A stretch of DNA of 64,000 bases from an uncultured Phycisphaerales bacterium. GTDB taxonomy: Bacteria; Planctomycetota; Phycisphaerae; Tepidisphaerales; Tepidisphaeraceae. The translations under genes were made by a program, and so were the position numbers. Shown piece by piece: positions 20,004 through 31,710 of the stretch. The notes below the pieces were generated by a model. The model was not told where the DNA came from. It did not search any database and saw only the letters and a list, made by a program, of their open reading frames with translations. The first letter of the stretch is position 1, and every line of letters begins with the position of its first letter. The stretch spans positions 256,001-320,000 of the forward strand of contig CAVWVQ010000002.1 in assembly GCA_963758525.1 (NCBI GenBank). Direction: 5' to 3'.

Positions 20004-20588
20004 TTATGCCCTCGTGCCGTCAGGCCGCTCGGGTGCTTGCAGCCCGGCTTCCTTAATGAGCGCCCGATAGCGCCCCTCCTCACCGGGGGTATCCGCCGCC
20101 GGGTGCCCTAGCAGCCGTTCAACAGGCCAGATGGCCCTATTGTCGAACCGTTCGTCGTCTAGCAAGAGCAGTAGGGCGCCCGCTTTCTGAGCGATCGAAA
20201 TCCAAGTATTGCGAACACTGGGCGACTCTTCGAAGAGCAAGCTCATACCGGTAGTAGCGGCTGTCGCTCGGAAGATCACCAAATTTCCCTCCACGATAAG
20301 GGTACTCCAGACGCACCCGATCCGGACCAGACCGTTAATCAATTTTCGCTCTGGGCTGTAAGCCTCGACTTGTCCATCAGGGGGAAATAGGAAGCCGAGG
20401 CATAGGTCTGACATGTTCTGTTCTAGGGGCGTGCGTTCTATATCCCCGAGCGGGCAATCCACGTCCGAGGGAACACAAGCAAGCAAACGACCGCTATCAG
20501 TGGGATCCAGATGTTCCGCGATAGCACGAATGACGCGGTCCGCGGACGAGCGCTCGGCAATGAGCTCGAAAGCGTAATCTAGTCCCAT
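20004..20588 (-). CDS. Hypothetical cassette protein
   Basis: MGLDYAFEL start; stop in R''; 13-nt inverted pair gttatgccctcgt. Confidence 0.65.
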   Translation of the reverse strand: MGLDYAFELIAERSSADRVIRAIAEHLDPTDSGRLLACVPSDVDCPLGDIERTPLEQNMSDLCLGFLFPPDGQVEAYSPERKLINGLVRIGCVWSTLIVEGNLVIFRATAATTGMSLLFEESPSVRNTWISIAQKAGALLLLLDDERFDNRAIWPVERLLGHPAADTPGEEGRYRALIKEAGLQAPERPDGTRA

Positions 20589-20616
20589 CGTGCCACCGGT
20601 TCCGCTACGAGGGCAT

Positions 20617-20903
20617 AACGAAGAGGACTTTATCCAGCGTGCGCCAGCGACGCCGGTACTCGCGACCGCTTGTCGCACGCTGGATAAAGTCTGTTGAACT
20701 GAACCGATTTTGGACGTCAACGCACGGGAGCAATTAGCCCGAAAAACCGCGCGCATACATTATTATAGGGGATTGTATTCATAGCATATTTCCGACACAA
20801 AAGGCGGTGTCGCAAACTGATAATCGCTCGTCAGAGAGAAGGCTGCGGCGATGCTTAGAGTACCGAACACCGGGCGCCTGCCCACCGCGCAGCGGTTTAG
20901 TTC
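20617..20903 (-). repeat. Mini-cassette copy 6 (287 bp)
   Basis: Near-identical repeat. Confidence 0.93.
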
Positions 20904-21003
20904 AACGGATGACAATCTGTGGCGGCCAACGCGACGCGCCGACGGACACTATACCAAAGACAAACTTTCGACGCGACGCGGGGCCGTCCACAGCATTGGC
21001 TGG

Positions 21004-21530
21004 TTATTCGGCGACCGGTGAGCGGGTCGTGTACGGTTGAGACGGTGCCCCTTCGCTAATATAGCGCTTGGCGATTTCTTCGGCGCGGCGGCGCGCTCGG
21101 TCCGAGCCGGCATCTAAGCTGCCGAATTCAGCGTTCTCACGAATCACCTTTGCCACAGCAGGACTGTACACTAATTCTGCGCGCCAGTTGGCAAGATGCT
21201 TTGCACGCATGCTGAGTTTGATGAACCGATGCGATTTCCGGTGACGGCCCATTACGGTGACGCTCTCCCCGCCCATGCCCCAAAAGAAATCGTAGACGAA
21301 CACTTTCGCGCCGGCGCAAAATGCTTGGTCCCGCGGCGCTTCTCGACACCCCCCGGACCATAATCTCGCTCTATGACGACATTGGCGGCGACGCACCAAG
21401 CAGGTTCGGAGCCCCGATTCTCGTAACCCGGATCGATCCAGGCTGGCAGCTGAGAGCCACCGGCGATTTGAGGTGCGACGGAGGCCGGTTTTGATTTCGG
21501 ACGCAGAAATCGGAGTAGAAAGTCGAGCAT
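21004..21530 (-). CDS. Hypothetical cassette protein, frameshifted near 21315
   Basis: WCVAANVV..GTKHFAP continues as GAKVFVYDFFWGMGGE..GRHRKSHRFI in another frame; 12-nt inverted pair gttattcggcga. Confidence 0.65.
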
Positions 21531-21553
21531 CGCTGATCGCCTCTTCGCCGAAT

Positions 21554-21722
21554 AACGTATCAACGTTCTGTGGCCGGCCGCCGTGGACTGCGGTTCTCCA
21601 ATGCCACCGTCGTGGCCGGTCCACAGCAGCGTTTGGTTAGGTTTCCTGCGCAAAAGCCTATAACAACGAAAACCATCATTTGCAAGAAATACGCAAGATT
21701 ACGACATGCTTAATGGAAACCT
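21554..21722 (-). other. First cassette: short, ORF-less, AT-rich
   Basis: attC at 21554-21638; 11-nt inverted pair gttaggtttcc / ggaaacctaac. Confidence 0.7.
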
Positions 21723-21793
21723 AACTACAAATCTCACGCGCTCGGGTGCCTATAGCGGTTACGGGCAAGCCGTCGCGGCCCCCAGTATCGTCT

Positions 21794-21823
21794 AATTTAC
21801 ATAATTTACATAGATAGTGTCAA
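21794..21823 (-). promoter_or_regulatory. Pc-like sigma70 promoter facing the array
   Basis: TTGACA-18 nt-TAAATT on the minus strand, about 70 bp upstream of the first cassette GTT. Confidence 0.55.
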
Positions 21824-22657
21824 CCACTCGCCAGAATATTGGCGGGCGAATTTCGCGCGTAGGTTAGGGCGCGTGATATTGCTGGAGCGCTTTTGGCGAA
21901 GAGAGTAGACAAAGGCAGGAGCGGGCGAGAGCCCGGCGACAAGTCGCTCGGCTCTGCGCTGGCGCGACGTGGATGCCCCCTTGGATTGGACGACGCTACC
22001 CAATGCCAGACGCAACCGTCGTTCGGAAAGCACCGCCCCCACCCCGGCCCTCCCCCCGGAGTACCAGGGGAGGGGGGAAACCGTGGAGCGAACGCTCCGC
22101 CGAAAGCGTCAGGGCGCCGGAGCATCGGGCTGCACCTGCAAGCGCAACCTTGATTGCTCGCGAGGCCCTTCCCCTTCCGCGTAAGGAAACGTCAGATCAG
22201 TCAGATATGCAAAGGCCGATGGCGAATTTGCGGGCGTGGCGGGGGCATGAGCGGGAGATTTGCTTTTTTTCGCGACGTGGATTCGTCGCGGGATCCGAAT
22301 ACTTGGAATCAGGGCATCGCTTGCGGAGGGCGTGCATGAACCTTCGGCTGCACGTTCGCGTGCGGACTTCCCCCTTCGGATCGGGGGCTCGAGTTGGAAG
22401 AGAGCGTTTGGAGCGAAGACAGTTCTTTTACGTTCGAAATCACCCTCACCCCTGCCCTCTCCCGGAATAATACCGGGAGAGGGAGAACATGCAGCGACGC
22501 TCGTCAGCCGCGGTGATTGCTCCCTCTGCTGGAAATACCCGGAGAGGGAGAAGACGCAACGATGGTCGTGCAGCTGCGGTGATCGTGCATGTCGGTGATT
22601 GAGTGGCTGGCAACCATGCGGATAATGGGTTAAAGGAACATCCGGAGTACGTATCGC

Positions 22658-25600
22658 GTGAAAACGGCTGTTGAAAGACTGGTTGGCGGAATCGTTGGGA
22701 AATTTCCGGCGGGGTACGGCAACGGACATCTGCGCCGTCGGCCGCGTTTCTCGGCGGATGAGCAGCCGTTGCGCGCGGAGCTGTTCAGCGTGGATCAGCT
22801 CGAACGGCATGCCAAGGCGCTGGCGGGCTGGCACGAGCTGGCGACGCGGCGCGGCGCCGACCGGCTGCTGCCGCGGCTGGACGAAAACGAACACGTTCTG
22901 CTGCATACGTACGATCTGGTCACCAGGGCGGCGGAGGACAGTCGCCGGATCGCGCCGGCGGGGGAATGGCTGCTCGATAATTTCTATCTGATCGAAGAGC
23001 AGATTCGCACCGCCCGGCGGCACTTGCCGCGGGCGTACAGCCGCGAGCTGCCGGCGCTGGCCAACGGGCCGGCGGCGGGGTATCCGCGCGCGTATGGGAT
23101 CGCGCTGGAGCTGATCTCCCACGTTGACGGCCGGCTCGATGCGGCCAGCCTGCGCGGGTTTATCGCGTCTTACCAGTCGATCCAGCCGCTCACGCTCGGC
23201 GAGCTGTGGGGCGTGCCGATCATGCTGCGGCTGGCGCTGATCGAGAACCTGCGCCGCGTCGCCGCGCGGATTGCCGCGGGTCGGCAGGATCGCAACGTCG
23301 CCAACGAGTGGGCCGACCGCATGGTCGCGATTGTCGAAAAGAATCCGACGGATCTGATCCTGGTGCTCGCTGACATGGCGCGGGCGAATATTCCGCTCAG
23401 CAGCGCCTTCGTCACCGAACTCACCCGCCATCTGCACGGCCAGAGCCCCTACTTCGGCTTTGCCACAAGCTGGATGGAACATCGCCTGCAGGATCAGGGT
23501 CTGGCGATCGAACAGCTTGTCCAGACGGAGAATCAGAACCAGGCCGCCGACCAGGTTTCCATCGGCAACAGCATCACGAGCCTGCGGTTTCTCAGCTCGA
23601 TGGATTGGCGCGACTTCGTCGAGGAGATGAGCGTCGTCGAGCAGATCCTTCGCGGCGAGCCGGCGCGGATTTATCCCGCGATGGATTTCGCGACGCGCGA
23701 CCGCTACCGACATTCCGTCGAGGCGATTGCCAAGTGCAGCAAGCTGACCGAATTCGAAGTCGCGCGCAAGGCGGTCAAGCTGTGCGAGATGGTTTCTGCC
23801 GATCAGGCGAACGAGATTACCGGTCACGTCGGGTATTACCTGATCGACAAGGGCCGGCCGGCACTGGAGCGCATTGCGGAGATGCGGCTTTCGCCACGTC
23901 TGATCGCAAGCAAGTTGCGCCGCCGCTTTCCGATGCCGCTCTATCTGGGCGCGGTGCTGCTGATCACGCTTGCCGCGACCATCGGTCTGCTGATCTGGTC
24001 GCATCGTCATGGCATCGGGGCCTTGGGCCTTTCGCTGCTGGGAATCTTCGCCGTGGTCGCGGCGATGCATCTGGCCGTCGGGATCGTCAACTGGCTGGCG
24101 ACGCTCACCGTTGCGCCGCATCCGCTGCCGCGAATGGATTATTCGGAGGGAATTCCGCCCGAGTGCAGCACGATCGTGGTCATTCCGACGATGCTCACCT
24201 CAACGGCCGCGATCGAGAGCCTGCTCGAGGGCGCGGAAGTTCGTTACCTGGCCAATCGCGACGCCAACGTGCGCATCGCGCTGCTCACGGACTTCAAGGA
24301 CGCCCGGCAAGAGACGATGCCGGAGGACCAAGATCTCGTTCGCCTGGCGGCAGAGGGAATTGAACGGCTCAATCGCAAGTATGCCGGGGACCGCGCGGAT
24401 ATTTTCTATCTGTGCCACCGCCCGCGGCGGTGGAATCCGCAGTCTGAGCGATGGATGGGTTATGAACGCAAGCGCGGAAAGCTGGCGGAGTTCAACGCGC
24501 TGGTGCGCAACCGGCCCGCGCTGGGAAGCTCCAACGGCGAGGAGGTTGTCCACGGCCCGCGCGACCAGTTCAGCACCATCGTCGGCGATATCGCCGCGCT
24601 GCGCGACGTGCGCTATGTGATCACCCTCGACACCGACACGCAGCTTCCCCGCAACGCCGCCCGCGAGCTGGTCGGGACGATGGCGCACCCGCTCAACCGC
24701 CCGGTGATTGACGAAGAGCTCGGCCGCGTGATCAACGGCTATGCCATTCTGCAACCGCGCGTCGGCGTGAGCCTGCCGAGCGCCTCGCGCTCGTGGTTTG
24801 TCCGGCTCTTCGCCGGTGATCCGGGAATCGACCCGTACACGCGCACCGTCTCCGATGTCTATCAGGACGTTTTCGGGGAAGGGTCGTTCATCGGCAAAGG
24901 CATTTACGATCTGGACGCATTCGACCAGACCTGCAGCAACTTCCCCGAAAACACCGTTCTCAGCCACGATCTTCTGGAGAGTTGCTACGCGCGCTCGGCA
25001 CTGGTCAGCGACGTGGAATTGTTCGAGGAGCACCCCTCTCTCTACACCGCTGACGTCAATCGCCGGCATCGCTGGATTCGCGGCGACTGGCAGATCGCCC
25101 CGTGGCTGTTGCCCACGGTTCCCGCCGCCGATCACAAGACCGTTCCCAATCCACTCTCGGCGCTTTCCCGCTGGAAGATTTTCGACAACCTGCGGCGCAG
25201 CCTCGTCCCGATTTGCCTGATGGTGATTCTCGCGGGCGGCTGGATCGCAGCGATGTTCGTTCCGACCGTTACCGGGCCTCGGCGCCTTTCGATTGCTGGC
25301 ATCACCACTGTTTTCTCGCTGGCGGTGATCGCGCTCCCCGCGCTGCTGGCGCTGACCCTCGATCTGCTCAACAAGCCGTCCGATATGAGCGTGAGCCTGC
25401 ATCTGGGGAATTCGTCCACCAGCGTATGGCGGCAACTCGCGCAACTGCTGCTGGCAATCACGTTCCTCCCGTACGAGGCATACATGAGCGCCGACGCGGT
25501 GATCCGCACGCTCACCCGAATGCTCTGGACGCACCAGCGCCTCCTGGAATGGACCACCTCCAGCGACGCCGAGCGCCGAGCCCGCACCGATCTCGCGAGT

Positions 25601-28600
25601 TTCTACACGAAAATGATGATCGGGCCGGCGATTGGAGTCTGTCTGGTGGCCGTCGCCAATCTGCTGCGCCCCAGCGAAATGCCGCTCATTTCGATCTTCG
25701 CGCTGCTTTGGATGCTCTCGCCGGCGGTCGCCTGGTGGATCAGCCGCCCGATCGCTTCCCGTCGCGCAGAACTTTCGGAGGATCAGCGGGACTTCCTGCG
25801 AAAACTGGCCCGCCGGACCTGGCGTTATTTCGAGCAATATGTCACCGCCGAGGAACGCTGGCTGCCGCCCGACAACTTCCAGGAGAAGCCCAATCCCGTG
25901 ATCGCGTCGCGCACCAGCCCGACGAATATCGGCTTGGCGCTGCTGGCGAATCTTTCCGCCTACGACTTCGGGTATGTCTCGGCCGCGCGCCGCGCGCCGC
26001 TGCGCCGACACCCTGGACACCCTCGAAGCAATGGAGCGGCACCGCGGGCATCTTTACAACTGGTATGAAACCCGCACCCTGCGCCCCCTTCCGCCGCTGT
26101 ATGTTTCCACCGTGGACAGCGGCAATCTCGCGGGCCATTTGTTCGTGCTGCGGCGCGGGCTCCTCGAATTGATCGATTCGCCCATTCTCCCGTCGCGCAT
26201 CTTTGACGGCATCCGCGACACGCTGAGAGTGACGCTGGAAGTCGCCCGCGGCCAGACGCGCGATGCCGACGGCAACGAACGAACCGGCCCGATCGTGTCC
26301 GCCGAAGCGCTGCGAAAGATGGAGCAAATCGATCGCGATCTCGACCATCCGCCGCGGACATTGGGCGCGGCCGCTCTGCTGATGCAACGGCTGGTTCGAT
26401 CCTCCGGGGATCTGGTTGGATCACTGGCATCACGGAATGACGGTGAATTGCGCTGGTGGGCCGCGGCGCTGGAGCGGTGCTGCCGCGATCATTGGGATGA
26501 CCTGTCGTTCCTTGCCCCCTGGACGATGCTCCCCGCCCCCGAGCCCGCCTGGCGGCAGTCGCCGGGCGCGCCCCTCCACGCGCAGGCCGACGCGTTGCGC
26601 GATCTGCTTGCGGCGCTGGAAGAAGTGCCGACGCTGCGAAACGTCGCTCGGCTCGAGCAGACATTGGCGCCGCGCGTCGATCAGATGATTCAGTCGCTGC
26701 CGATCACCGAGGACCCGGCCGCAAAGGCCGCCGGTGAATATCTGAGCCGCCTGCGATCTTCGATTACAGACGCGGCCGACCGCGCCGTGCTGCGGATCGG
26801 GATGCTCGAAGCCGACGCCCAGCGCAGCGCAGAGCGCGCTGACATGGATTTCACGTTTCTGCTCGACAAGAGCAGCGATCTTTTCGCGATCGGGTACAAC
26901 GTCTCGGATCATCGGCTCGACGGCAGCTTCTACGATCTGCTCGCCTCGGAAGCGCGTCTGGCGAGCTTTGTCGCGATCGCTCAGGGCCAGGTCTCGCAGG
27001 AGCACTGGTTTGCCCTGGGCCGTCTGCTGACGCGCTCGCGGGGCTCGCCGGCGCTGCTGAGCTGGAGCGGCTCGATGTTTGAATATCTGATGCCGCTGCT
27101 GGTGATGCCGACTTACGAGAACACACTGCTGGATCAGACCTACAAATCAGTGGTGCAACGGCAGATCGACTACGGCAAGCAGCGCGGCGTGCCGTGGGGC
27201 ATTTCCGAGTCCGCCTACAACACCACCGACGCCGCGATGAACTACCAGTATCGCGCGTTTGGCGTCCCGGGCATGGGACTCAAACGCGGATTGGCCGAAG
27301 ACCTGGTGATCGCCCCGTACGCGTGCGTGATGTCGCTGATGGTCGCGCCGCGCGAGGCGATGAAGAATCTGCAGCGGATGGCCGCGGATGGCTACATGGG
27401 CGCCCTGGGGTTCTACGAAGCAATCGACTACACGCCCGCGCGGCTTCCGCCTGGGCAGACGCACGTCACCATCCCTTCGTTCATGTCGCACCACCAAGGA
27501 ATGAGTCTGCTGTCCTTGGCGTACGTTCTGCTCGATCGCCCGATGCAGCGGCGCTTCGAAGCGGAGGAGCTTTTCAAAGCCACCGATCTTCTGCTTCAGG
27601 AACGCATCCCGCGCGCCGCCGCGCCGGTCTTCCCTCACGCAACCGAAGCCGGCGCCAGGGAGAACTCGGGGGCGGGAACCGAAGGCACGATGCGAGTCTT
27701 CACGGATCCCTCGTCGTTCGTCCCCGAGGTGCATCTGCTTTCCAACGGGCGCTATCACGTCATGGTCAGCAGCGCGGGCGGCGGATACAGCCGGTGGCGC
27801 AGACCTGGCGATCACGCGGTGGCGCGAAGATGTCACGCGCGACGCGATGGGAAGCTTTGTCTATATGCGCGACGTCGAGCAGTCGCGCGTCTGGTCCAAC
27901 ACGTATCAGCCGACGCTGGTTCCCTGCAAGCGCTACGAGGCGATCTTCACCCAGGCCCGCGCCGAATTCCGGCGGCGCGACGTCGGAATCGACACGCACA
28001 CCGAAATCGCGGTCTCTCCCGAGGATGACATTGAGCTGCGCCGGCTCACCATCACCAATCGCACCGCCGATGAGCGGACGATCGAGATCACCAGCTACGG
28101 TGAAGTGGTCATCGCGCCGGCGGCGCAGGACATGGCTCATCCCGCGTTCAGCAATCTGTTTGTGCAAACCGAGCTCGTTCCCGGCCGCCAGGCGATCTTC
28201 TGCACGCGCAGGCCCCGATCCATGGGCGAGCGGCCGCCGCACATGCTGCACTTGATGACCGTGCAGGGACACACGATCGGCGAGGCTTCGTTTGAGACGG
28301 ATCGTTCCAAATTCGTCGGCCGGGGACGCAGTCCCGCAAACCCGATCGCAATGACCCGGCCCGGCGCGCTGTCCAACAGCCAGGGGCCGGTGCTCGATCC
28401 GATCGTCGCGATTCGTCGAACGATCCTCGTTCATCCGGATCAGTCGGTGCGGGTCGACATCATTACCGGCGCCGCTGAAACGCGCAAAGGCGCCAACGCA
28501 CTGCTCGAGAAATATCACGACCCGCGGCTGGCCGATCGCGTGTTCGAACTGGCATGGACGCACAGCCACGTCGTGCTGCAGCATCTCAACGCCGCCGAAA

Positions 28601-31600
28601 CCGATGCCCAACTGTACGGCCGGCTCGCGGGATCGGTGGTTTACCCCACGGCGCTGCGCCGCGCCAATCCCAGCATCATCGCCCGCAATCGCCGCGGGCA
28701 AAATGGGCTGTGGGGCTACGGGATCTCCGGCGATCTACCGATCGTGCTGGTGCGGGTTCGCGACCAGGCAGGGCTGAATCTCGTCCGCCAGGCAGTTCAA
28801 GCGCACGCCTATCGGCGCAATAAGGGGCTGAGCGTCGACCTGGTCATCTGGAACGAAGATCATTCGGTCTATCGCCAGAATCTCCACGAAACGATCACGA
28901 GCCTGCTGGCGGCAAGCCCCGAGGCGGCGCTGCTCGACAAACCCGGCGGCGTCTTCGTGCGGCGCGGTGAGCAACTTTCCGAAGAGGATCGCGTGCTGCT
29001 GCAGGCGGTGGCGCGCGTCATTCTTCTCGAAGAAGCCGGTTCGCTTGCCGAGCAGATCGAGAAGCGCGGACGCGCCGAGCCGGTGCTTCCGTCGCTGCGC
29101 ACGGCGCGGCGCCGTCTGGAAGTGCTGACGGCTGTCGAAGCGCCGCGTCGCGATCTGGCGTATTACAACGGCTTTGGCGGATTCACCCGCGATGGCCGGG
29201 AATACGTCACGATTCTCAAGCCCGACGCGACCACGCCGCTGCCGTGGTCCAATGTGATTGCAAATGCGAACTTTGGAACGGTCGTCACCGAAAGCGGTTC
29301 GGTCTACACCTGGGCCGAGAACAGTCACGAGTTTCGCATCACGCCCTGGTACAACGACCCGGTCGGCGACGTATCCGGCGAAGCGCTCTATCTTCGCGAC
29401 GAGGAGACCGGCCGATTCTGGTCGCCCACGCCGCTGCCGGCCCGCGGCCCGATGCCCTACGTTTCACGACACGGGTTCGGCTACACCATCTTCGAATATG
29501 AAGACGACGGCATTGCCAGCGCACTGACGGTGTTCGTCGCGATGGACGCGTCGATCAAATTTCTGCACCTCAAAGTCTTCAACCGATCCGGCAGAACCCG
29601 GCGGCTTTCGTTTACTGGATTCTGGGAACTGGTGCTCGGTGAGTTGCGGCACAAGACGGCGATGCATGTCGTCACGGAGATTGATCCCAAGACCGCGGCG
29701 GTCTTCGCGCGCAACTCCTACGACCAGGAGTTTGCCGACCGAGTCGTCTTCTTCGATGCCGCCGACACCTCGCGCAGCGTTACCGGCGACCGCACGGAAT
29801 TTCTCGGCCGCAACGGAACCTACGCGGATCCCGCTGCCATGCACCGGGCGCGTCTTTCCAACCGCGTCGGCGCGGGGCTCGACCCGGCGGCGGCGATGCA
29901 GGTCATCTTTGAGCTGGAAGACGATCAGGACCGCGAGCTGGTCTTCACCATGGGCGCCGCCCGCGGAGCCGATCAGGCGCGGGCGCTGGTGCAGCGGTTC
30001 CGCGGCGCAACCAACGCGCGCTCGACGCTGGAGGGCGTCTGGAATTACTGGAACCGCACCTTGGGCGTGGTGCATGTCGAAACGCCCGATGAATCGGTCA
30101 ACTTCCTCGCCAATGGGTGGCTTCTCTATCAAACGCTGGCTTGCCGGATGTGGGCGCGCACGGGTTTCTACCAGTCGGGCGGCGCGTATGGTTTCCGCGA
30201 TCAGTTGCAGGACTCCATGGCGCTGCTGCACGCCGAGCCGCGCATTTTGCGCGAGCAGCTTCTCCGCGCGGCGGCGCGTCAATTCAAGGAAGGAGACGTC
30301 CAGCACTGGTGGCATCCGCCCAGCGGACGCGGCGTCCGCACGCATTTCTCCGACGACTATCTCTGGCTGCCGTTCGTTGCCTGCCGGTATGTGCTGGGCA
30401 GCGGAGACACCGGCGTCCTGGACGAACGCGTCCCCTTTATCGATGGCCGGCCCGTTCGTCCTGACGAAGAGAGCTACTATGACCGCCCGCAGGTTTCCGA
30501 TGACATCGGCACGCTCTACGAGCACTGCGTGCGCGCGATCAAGAACGGCCTGCGCTTCGGCTCCCACAATCTGCCGTTGATGGGCTGCGGCGACTGGAAC
30601 GACGGGATGAATCTCGTCGGGGAACATGGCCGCGGCGAAAGCGTCTGGCTGGCGTTTTTCCTCTACGATGTTCTCACGCAGTTCGGCCGGCTCGCGACGC
30701 AGCGCAAGGATGTGCCGTTTGCGGATACCTGCTTCGCCGAAGCCGCGCGTCTCGGACGCAACATCGAGGAGAACGCGTGGGACGGGCAATGGTATCGCAG
30801 GGCGTACTTCGACAACGGCGAGCCGCTCGGATCGTCGACCAACACGGAGTGTCAAATCGATTCGCTGCCGCAGAGCTGGGCGATTCTTTCCGGCGCCGGC
30901 GACCCCGCGCGTTCCCGCATGGCCATGGAAGAAGTCGACCGGCGGCTCGTGCGCCGCGACACAGGGCTGATTCAGCTCTTCGATCCCCCCTTCGACAAAT
31001 CGGATCTCAACCCCGGCTATATCCGCGGCTACGTCCCCGGCGTCCGCGAAAACGGCGGGCAATATACGCACGCGGCCGTCTGGACGGTCATGGCCTTTGC
31101 CGCGATGAACGACCCGCGCCGCGCGTGGGAATTGTTCGACCTGATCAACCCGGTTGCGCATGCCTCGTCGGCGAAGCGCATCGCCGTCTACAAGGCCGAG
31201 CCTTATGTTGTCGCGGCGGATGTCTACGCGGTTTCGCCGCATACGGGCCGCGGCGGGTGGACGTGGTACACAGGATCTGCCGGCTGGATGTATCGGCTGA
31301 TTACCGAATCGCTCCTGGGTCTGCACGTGGACGTGGATCGACTTCGGATCGCGCCGTGCGTTCCCGCGGCTTGGAAGTCATACAAGGTGCACTACCGGTA
31401 TCGCGAGACGTTTTACCACATCACAATCGATAACCCGGCCGGAGGCACGAGCGTCGTGCGCGTTACACTTGACGGCCAAATCCTGCCTGACACGAGCATT
31501 CCGCTGGTCGACGATCGCAAGCAGCATAACGTCGAGATCGAAATGGGAGAGTTGAGCCCGATTGTGGCGGCGCCTGCGCCGCAGCCGGCTTGGCCCCTTC

Positions 31601-31610
31601 AATGCCATAA
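22658..31610 (+). CDS. chvB: Cyclic beta-1,2-glucan synthase (GT84 plus GH94); frameshifts near 25990 and 27800; 3' end approximate
   Basis: WLLDNFYLIEEQ, GYERKRGKL, ITLDTDTQLP, SHDLLE, RHRWIRGDWQ, PWGISES, YQSGGAYGFRDQLQD, GDWNDG, RENGGQYTH and WYTGSAGW. Confidence 0.9.
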
Positions 31611-31710
31611 AACTCAATTCCGTCGCTCTTCCAAGCTTGCGCGGGTTGTGATCGCCTCGCCTGCCTTGCGGCTTTCCCTCCGTGCCTTCGTGCCTCCGTG
31701 CCTCTGCTTT

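Larger units (their letters stand above)
9630..21725 (-). mobile_element. Integron-like gene cassette array lacking intI (CALIN-like)
   Basis: attC-like hairpins at 11327-11430, 14224-14314, 15110-15202, 16039-16148, 18987-19026 (truncated), 19904-20005, 20904-21005 and 21554-21638. Each cassette begins with GTT on the minus strand, and its first 11-13 nt are the inverse complement of its own R'' end. All genes are co-oriented. Confidence 0.85.

Noticed and set aside
12001..20906. CRISPR array
   Set aside because: Repeats are 287 bp, separated by whole genes, and no cas genes are present
15013..21040. Repeated plus-strand ORFs starting MSQTDNRSSERR
   Set aside because: They arise from the repeat itself, have variable tails and run antisense to the array
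22036..22486. ncRNA or riboswitch upstream of the glucan synthase
   Set aside because: Only ccctc...gaggg hairpin repeats seen; no recognisable RNA family motif
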